Assembly (NCBI GenBank): GCA_963818685.1
Contig: CAWFTJ010000004.1
Span: 649,304 to 713,303 of the forward strand
Source: Candidatus Melainabacteria bacterium
GTDB taxonomy: Bacteria > Actinomycetota > Actinomycetes > Mycobacteriales > Pseudonocardiaceae
Length of the DNA stretch: 64,000 nucleotides
Direction of reading: 5' to 3'
Position numbers and translations under genes: made by a program. Positions 59,540-64,000 of this stretch are shown here, piece after piece. The notes under the pieces were generated by a model, which saw nothing but the letters and a program-made list of their open reading frames with translations, did no database searches and had not been told where the DNA came from. Within the stretch, counting starts at the first letter, position 1; the number at the start of each line of letters is the position of its first letter.

Positions 59540-60664
59540 GTGAGTACTGAGGCTGCCACTTCGGACGGGTTCGTACCCGGACTGGAAGGCGTTGTCGCGT
59601 TCGAGACCGAGATCGCCGAGCCGGACCGCAACGGGGGCGCGCTGCGCTACCGCGGCGTGGACATCGAGGACCTGGCCGGCAAGGTGACGTTCGGCAACGT
59701 GTGGGCGCTGCTGGTCGACGGCCGGTTCGGTCCCGGCCTGCCGCCCGCGGAGCCGTTCCCGCTGCCGGTGCACACCGGCGACGTCCGGGTCGACGTGCAG
59801 GCGGCGCTGGCCATGCTCGCCCCGATCTGGGGTTACCAGCCGCTGCTGGACATCACCGACGAGCAGGCGCGCGAGCAGCTGGCGCGGGCCTCGGTGATGG
59901 CCCTGTCCTACGTTGCGCAGTCCGCGCGCGGTATCCACCAGCCCGCCGTGCCGCAGGCCCGGGTCGACGAGAGCGCCACCATCACCGAGCGGTTCATGGT
60001 CCGCTGGCGCGGCGAGCCCGATCCTGCGCACGTGCGCGCGGTCGACGCCTACTGGGTTTCCGCCGCCGAGCACGGGATGAACGCGTCCACGTTCACCGCG
60101 CGGGTGATCGCCTCGACCGGATCGGACGTGGCGGCGTCGCTGTCCGGTGCGATCGGCGCCATGTCCGGCCCGCTGCACGGCGGCGCGCCTGCGCGGGTGC
60201 TGCCGATGATCGAGGAGGTCGAGCGGATCGGCGACGCGCACAAGGTGGTCGCCTCGATCCTGGACCGGCACGACCGGCTGATGGGCTTCGGCCACCGCGT
60301 CTACCGGGCCGAGGACCCGAGGGCGCGGGTGCTCCGCCGCACCTGCCGAGAGCTGGGTGCCGAGCGCTACGAGGTTGCCGTCGCGCTGGAACAGGCCGCG
60401 TTGGAGGAGCTGCGCGAGCGCAGGCCGGATCGCGCCATCGAGACCAACGTGGAGTTCTGGGCGGCCGTGATCCTGGACTTCGCCCAGGTCCCGCCGCACA
60501 TGATGCCGGCCATGTTCACCTGCGCGCGGACCGCTGGCTGGTGCGCGCACATCATGGAGCAGAAGCGGACAGGACGACTGGTGCGCCCCTCCGCCCGCTA
60601 CGTCGGGCCTGCCCCGCGCGGACCGCAGGACGTGGAGGGCTGGGACAGCATCGCGCACGGGTGA
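59540..60664 (+). CDS. citA: Citrate synthase 2 / citrate (2-methylcitrate) synthase family
   Basis: LRYRGVDIEDL, GPLHGGAP and [14 protein letters not shown]. Shorter (374 aa) type I-like enzyme. Confidence 0.9.
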   Translation: MSTEAATSDGFVPGLEGVVAFETEIAEPDRNGGALRYRGVDIEDLAGKVTFGNVWALLVDGRFGPGLPPAEPFPLPVHTGDVRVDVQAALAMLAPIWGYQPLLDITDEQAREQLARASVMALSYVAQSARGIHQPAVPQARVDESATITERFMVRWRGEPDPAHVRAVDAYWVSAAEHGMNASTFTARVIASTGSDVAASLSGAIGAMSGPLHGGAPARVLPMIEEVERIGDAHKVVASILDRHDRLMGFGHRVYRAEDPRARVLRRTCRELGAERYEVAVALEQAALEELRERRPDRAIETNVEFWAAVILDFAQVPPHMMPAMFTCARTAGWCAHIMEQKRTGRLVRPSARYVGPAPRGPQDVEGWDSIAHG

Positions 60665-60795
60665 GGCGAAACACGGACGTGACGTCCGTGACATCCCTAC
60701 GACACTCGGGGCAGCAGCGCGCCACCAGGTGGGAATGCGACACTGACCACACCGGCAACGGCGCCGGGCTGCCCCCTGTCCAGACCCGCTCTTGA

Positions 60796-61950
<1,155 letters not shown>

Positions 61951-62059
61951 CAACGTGGGATCACACGTGGATCTCGATGGACTCGGCGCGCCTGCCGCGT
62001 CAAGGAGGCGCGCCGACCTAACGTCGTACCCGGCGAGGTGAAGTCATCAGGAGGCCGTG

Positions 62060-63031
62060 ATGCGTGCGCTGCGAGTCGTGGGACTCAGCGAGGACGGTGA
62101 GACCGTCATCCTTGAGGACCTCACGCGCAGCGAGCGGTTCACCGTTCCCGCGGACGAACGACTGCGCGCGGCGGCCAGAGGCGACATCACCCGACTCGGC
62201 CAGATCGCCATCGAGCTGGAGAGCCAGATGCGTCCTCGTGAGATCCAGACCCGCATTCGCGCGGGTGAGTCCGTTGATCAGGTCGCCGCGGCATCGGGCC
62301 TGCCGGTGAACAAGGTGGAGCGGTTCGCCTACCCGGTTTTACTCGAACGGTCCCGCACGGCTGAGCTGGCGCAACGGGCCCACCCGGTGCGCGAGGACGG
62401 CCCGGATGTGCAAACGCTTGCGGAGGTCGCGGCCCACGCATTCGGCCTGCGTGGTCAGGACTACTCGACGGTGACCTGGGACTCGTGGCGTGGCGAGGAC
62501 GGCAAGTGGGTCGTGCAGCTGTCGTGGCAGACCGGGCGCTCGGAGAACCACGCGCACTGGGCGTTCCACCCTGGTGCGCACGGTGGCACGGTCAGCCCGC
62601 TCGACGACCTCGCGCTCGACCTGATGGACCCGAACGCGGCCAACCGACCGTTGCGCACGGTCCGGCCGGTCACCGAGCTGGCCAGGCAGGCCATGGACGT
62701 CGCGCCAGCGCCGGTCCGGCCGGTCGAGGTCGAGCCGGTGGTGGTCGAGCCAGAGCCGGAACCGGAACCCGAGATCGTCGAGCCGGAACCGGAACCGGTG
62801 GCGGCCGAGCCCGTCGTGACCGAGCCGGTCGAGGTTGAGCCGGTCGAGGTTGAGCCGGTGGCGGAGGAGCCAGAGCCCGAGCCGGCCCTGGTGCCCGAGC
62901 CGGAGCACGCTGCCGAACAGCCCGCCGCGCGCAAGGAGCCTCCTGCCCCGCCGAAGCGCGGCAAGAAGAACCACCCGATCGTGCCGTCCTGGGAGGACGT
63001 GCTGCTCGGCGTCCGCGGCCAGCGTGGCTAG
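62060..63031 (+). CDS. sepH: Septation protein SepH (DUF3071 family)
   Basis: The N-terminus MRALRVVGLSEDGETVILEDL...RFTVPADERLRAAARGD...MRPREIQTRIRAGESVDQVAAASG...VERFAYPVLLER is the DUF3071/SepH pattern. Acidic Pro/Glu/Val repeat linker and a basic C-terminal tail. Confidence 0.8.
   Translation: MRALRVVGLSEDGETVILEDLTRSERFTVPADERLRAAARGDITRLGQIAIELESQMRPREIQTRIRAGESVDQVAAASGLPVNKVERFAYPVLLERSRTAELAQRAHPVREDGPDVQTLAEVAAHAFGLRGQDYSTVTWDSWRGEDGKWVVQLSWQTGRSENHAHWAFHPGAHGGTVSPLDDLALDLMDPNAANRPLRTVRPVTELARQAMDVAPAPVRPVEVEPVVVEPEPEPEPEIVEPEPEPVAAEPVVTEPVEVEPVEVEPVAEEPEPEPALVPEPEHAAEQPAARKEPPAPPKRGKKNHPIVPSWEDVLLGVRGQRG
62722..62900 (+). repeat. In-frame Pro/Glu/Val-rich coding repeats inside sepH, including an exact 15-bp tandem duplication
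   Basis: GAGCCGGTCGAGGTT occurs at 62822-62836 and again at 62837-62851. It is flanked by degenerate GAGCC(G/A)G-type units encoding VEPVVVEPEPEPEPEIVEPEPEPVAAEPVVTEPVEVEPVEVEPVAEEPEPEP. Confidence 0.7.
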
Positions 63032-63072
63032 AGCAGGGCGAGCTAGAGCAGCGTGAACTAGAGCAGGGTGAA
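63028..63072. repeat. Three tandem 15-bp units CTAGAGCAGNGNGAN spanning the stops of both convergent genes
   Basis: Units at 63028-63042, 63043-63057 and 63058-63072. Each contains CTAG, that is TAG on both strands. The sepH stop lies in unit 1 and the minus-strand gene stop in unit 3. Confidence 0.8.
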
Positions 63073-63669
63073 CAGCAGCGCGATCCAGGCCAGCGCGATG
63101 CCGGCGATCACGCCGTAGGCGACCCAGCGCCAGACCGGCATGTTGCGCGCGAGCCAGATGGACGGGGCGAGACCGAGCGCGATGATCACGTTGGCGGCCA
63201 CCGCCAGCCAGCGGCTGGCCGCGCCAAGCGCCTCGGACAGTGCGATCACCGCGAACAGCACCACCATCGCGGCGAACCCGCTGACCACAAGACCGGTCCC
63301 CCAGGGCGTGCGCGGAGCGGGTCGGTCGGGGCGTTCGTGCTCCGGTTCGCCGACGTCGACGATCTCGCCGGTCAGCGGGTCGACGTAGCTGATCACCATG
63401 CCCATCTCGGCGGCGAGCCGGGTGGCGAGCTGATGGCCGCGCCGGGAGATCAGGCCGCTCGCCGCGCTGGCGCCGCCGCCCTCGGTGTTCGCGGACCTGG
63501 CCACCACCTCGGCGACCCTGGCCCACTCGTGCAGGGCGCGGGCCAGGTCGGCGTCGAGCTCCATCTCGTCCGCATCGAGATCGACGTCGTCGTCGGCCAG
63601 TACCGCGCGACCGTCGCGGGCGCGAAGCTGCACCGGCCTACCTCCATTCTCGACAAGACCGTTGACCAT
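63058..63669 (-). CDS. DUF2537-like membrane protein (Rv0882-like)
   Basis: Acidic N-terminal half (DDDVDLDADEMELDADLARALHEW) followed by three to four TM helices. Position between sepH and the TrmH-like gene is as in mycobacteria. Start at ATG 63669. Confidence 0.65.
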   Translation of the reverse strand: MVNGLVENGGRPVQLRARDGRAVLADDDVDLDADEMELDADLARALHEWARVAEVVARSANTEGGGASAASGLISRRGHQLATRLAAEMGMVISYVDPLTGEIVDVGEPEHERPDRPAPRTPWGTGLVVSGFAAMVVLFAVIALSEALGAASRWLAVAANVIIALGLAPSIWLARNMPVWRWVAYGVIAGIALAWIALLFTLL

Positions 63670-63673
63670 GAAA

Positions 63674-64000
63674 TTACTCACCTGGGTGCAAAGCGTGAAA
63701 CACCACCGCCGCCGCGGTGGCAACATTCAGCGAATCCACACCTTCGACCATCGGGATGCGCACCCGCAGGTCCGCGCCGCGCAGCGCCCGCTCGCTCAGG
63801 CCGGGGCCCTCCGACCCGAGCAGCACCGTGTCCCGTTCGGTCGGCCGCACCGTGGACAGCGCGGTCGCGCTCGCCATCGGGGTCAGCGCGAGCACCCGGT
63901 GTCCCGCCGCGCGCAGCAGGCCCAGTCCGGCGTCCAGGTCGGGCACGGTGGCGAAGGGGACGCGCAGCACGTGCCCCATGGACACCCGGACGCTGCGCCG
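63674..64000 (-). CDS. TrmH/SpoU family RNA 2'-O-methyltransferase, C-terminal part (gene continues past the right edge)
   Basis: LLGSEGPGLSERAL, RIPMVEGVDSLNVATAAAVVFHAL (SpoU motifs 2 and 3). Confidence 0.8.
   Translation of the reverse strand, partial: RRSVRVSMGHVLRVPFATVPDLDAGLGLLRAAGHRVLALTPMASATALSTVRPTERDTVLLGSEGPGLSERALRGADLRVRIPMVEGVDSLNVATAAAVVFHALHPGE

Noticed and set aside
62722-63072. Short tandem repeats examined as a possible CRISPR array or minisatellite
   Set aside because: The units are 15 bp or degenerate 6-bp multiples, contiguous with no spacers. They lie inside or at the ends of coding sequences. There are no cas genes in the window.

Overview
High-GC (roughly 70%) actinobacterial chromosome segment. 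The right end (TrmH-like methyltransferase, DUF2537-like membrane protein, SepH, SerC, CitA, PdxH) follows the gene order I recall for the mycobacterial Rv0881-Rv0889c neighbourhood. The FAD-oxidase/TetR/GlpD trio resembles Rv2251-Rv2249c. Positions 1-12.3 kb are accessory DNA. They hold a partial IS701-like transposase, a strongly AT-rich orphan gene, and a lower-GC integrated mobilizable/conjugative element. That element carries a SprT-like zincin, a chain of small overlapping membrane ORFs, MT-A70 and N4/N6 orphan methyltransferases, a TraD/VirD4-like coupling ATPase, a replication-relaxation protein, an RHH protein and a resolvase-domain protein lacking the nucleophilic serine. It ends in a large serine recombinase whose ORF reads antisense into an intact tRNA-Arg(CCT). 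The remaining ~52 kb is mostly core metabolism: two TetR regulators, an enoyl-CoA hydratase, fadA/fadB, folE, geosmin synthase, a tandem glycine riboswitch with sdaA, a membrane Fe-S reductase, an acyl-CoA ligase, a sugar ABC importer, GlpD, an ABC-2 exporter, two citrate synthases, an acyl-CoA dehydrogenase and others. Most worth a second look: (1) a three-gene operon at 41.35-45.43 kb built around a soluble FtsK/SpoIIIE ATPase with three P-loop modules (EccC-like stack, no membrane anchor) and two partners I cannot place; (2) an orphan PE-like/PPE-like/EspG-like triad at 27.4-30.0 kb with no T7SS core genes nearby; (3) the cargo and recombination module of the integrated element. Apparent frameshifts interrupt the EspG-like gene and the ABC solute-binding gene, and a PaaI-type thioesterase looks internally deleted. 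No CRISPR array or rRNA gene was seen. All family assignments rest on motifs read by eye; no database search was possible.
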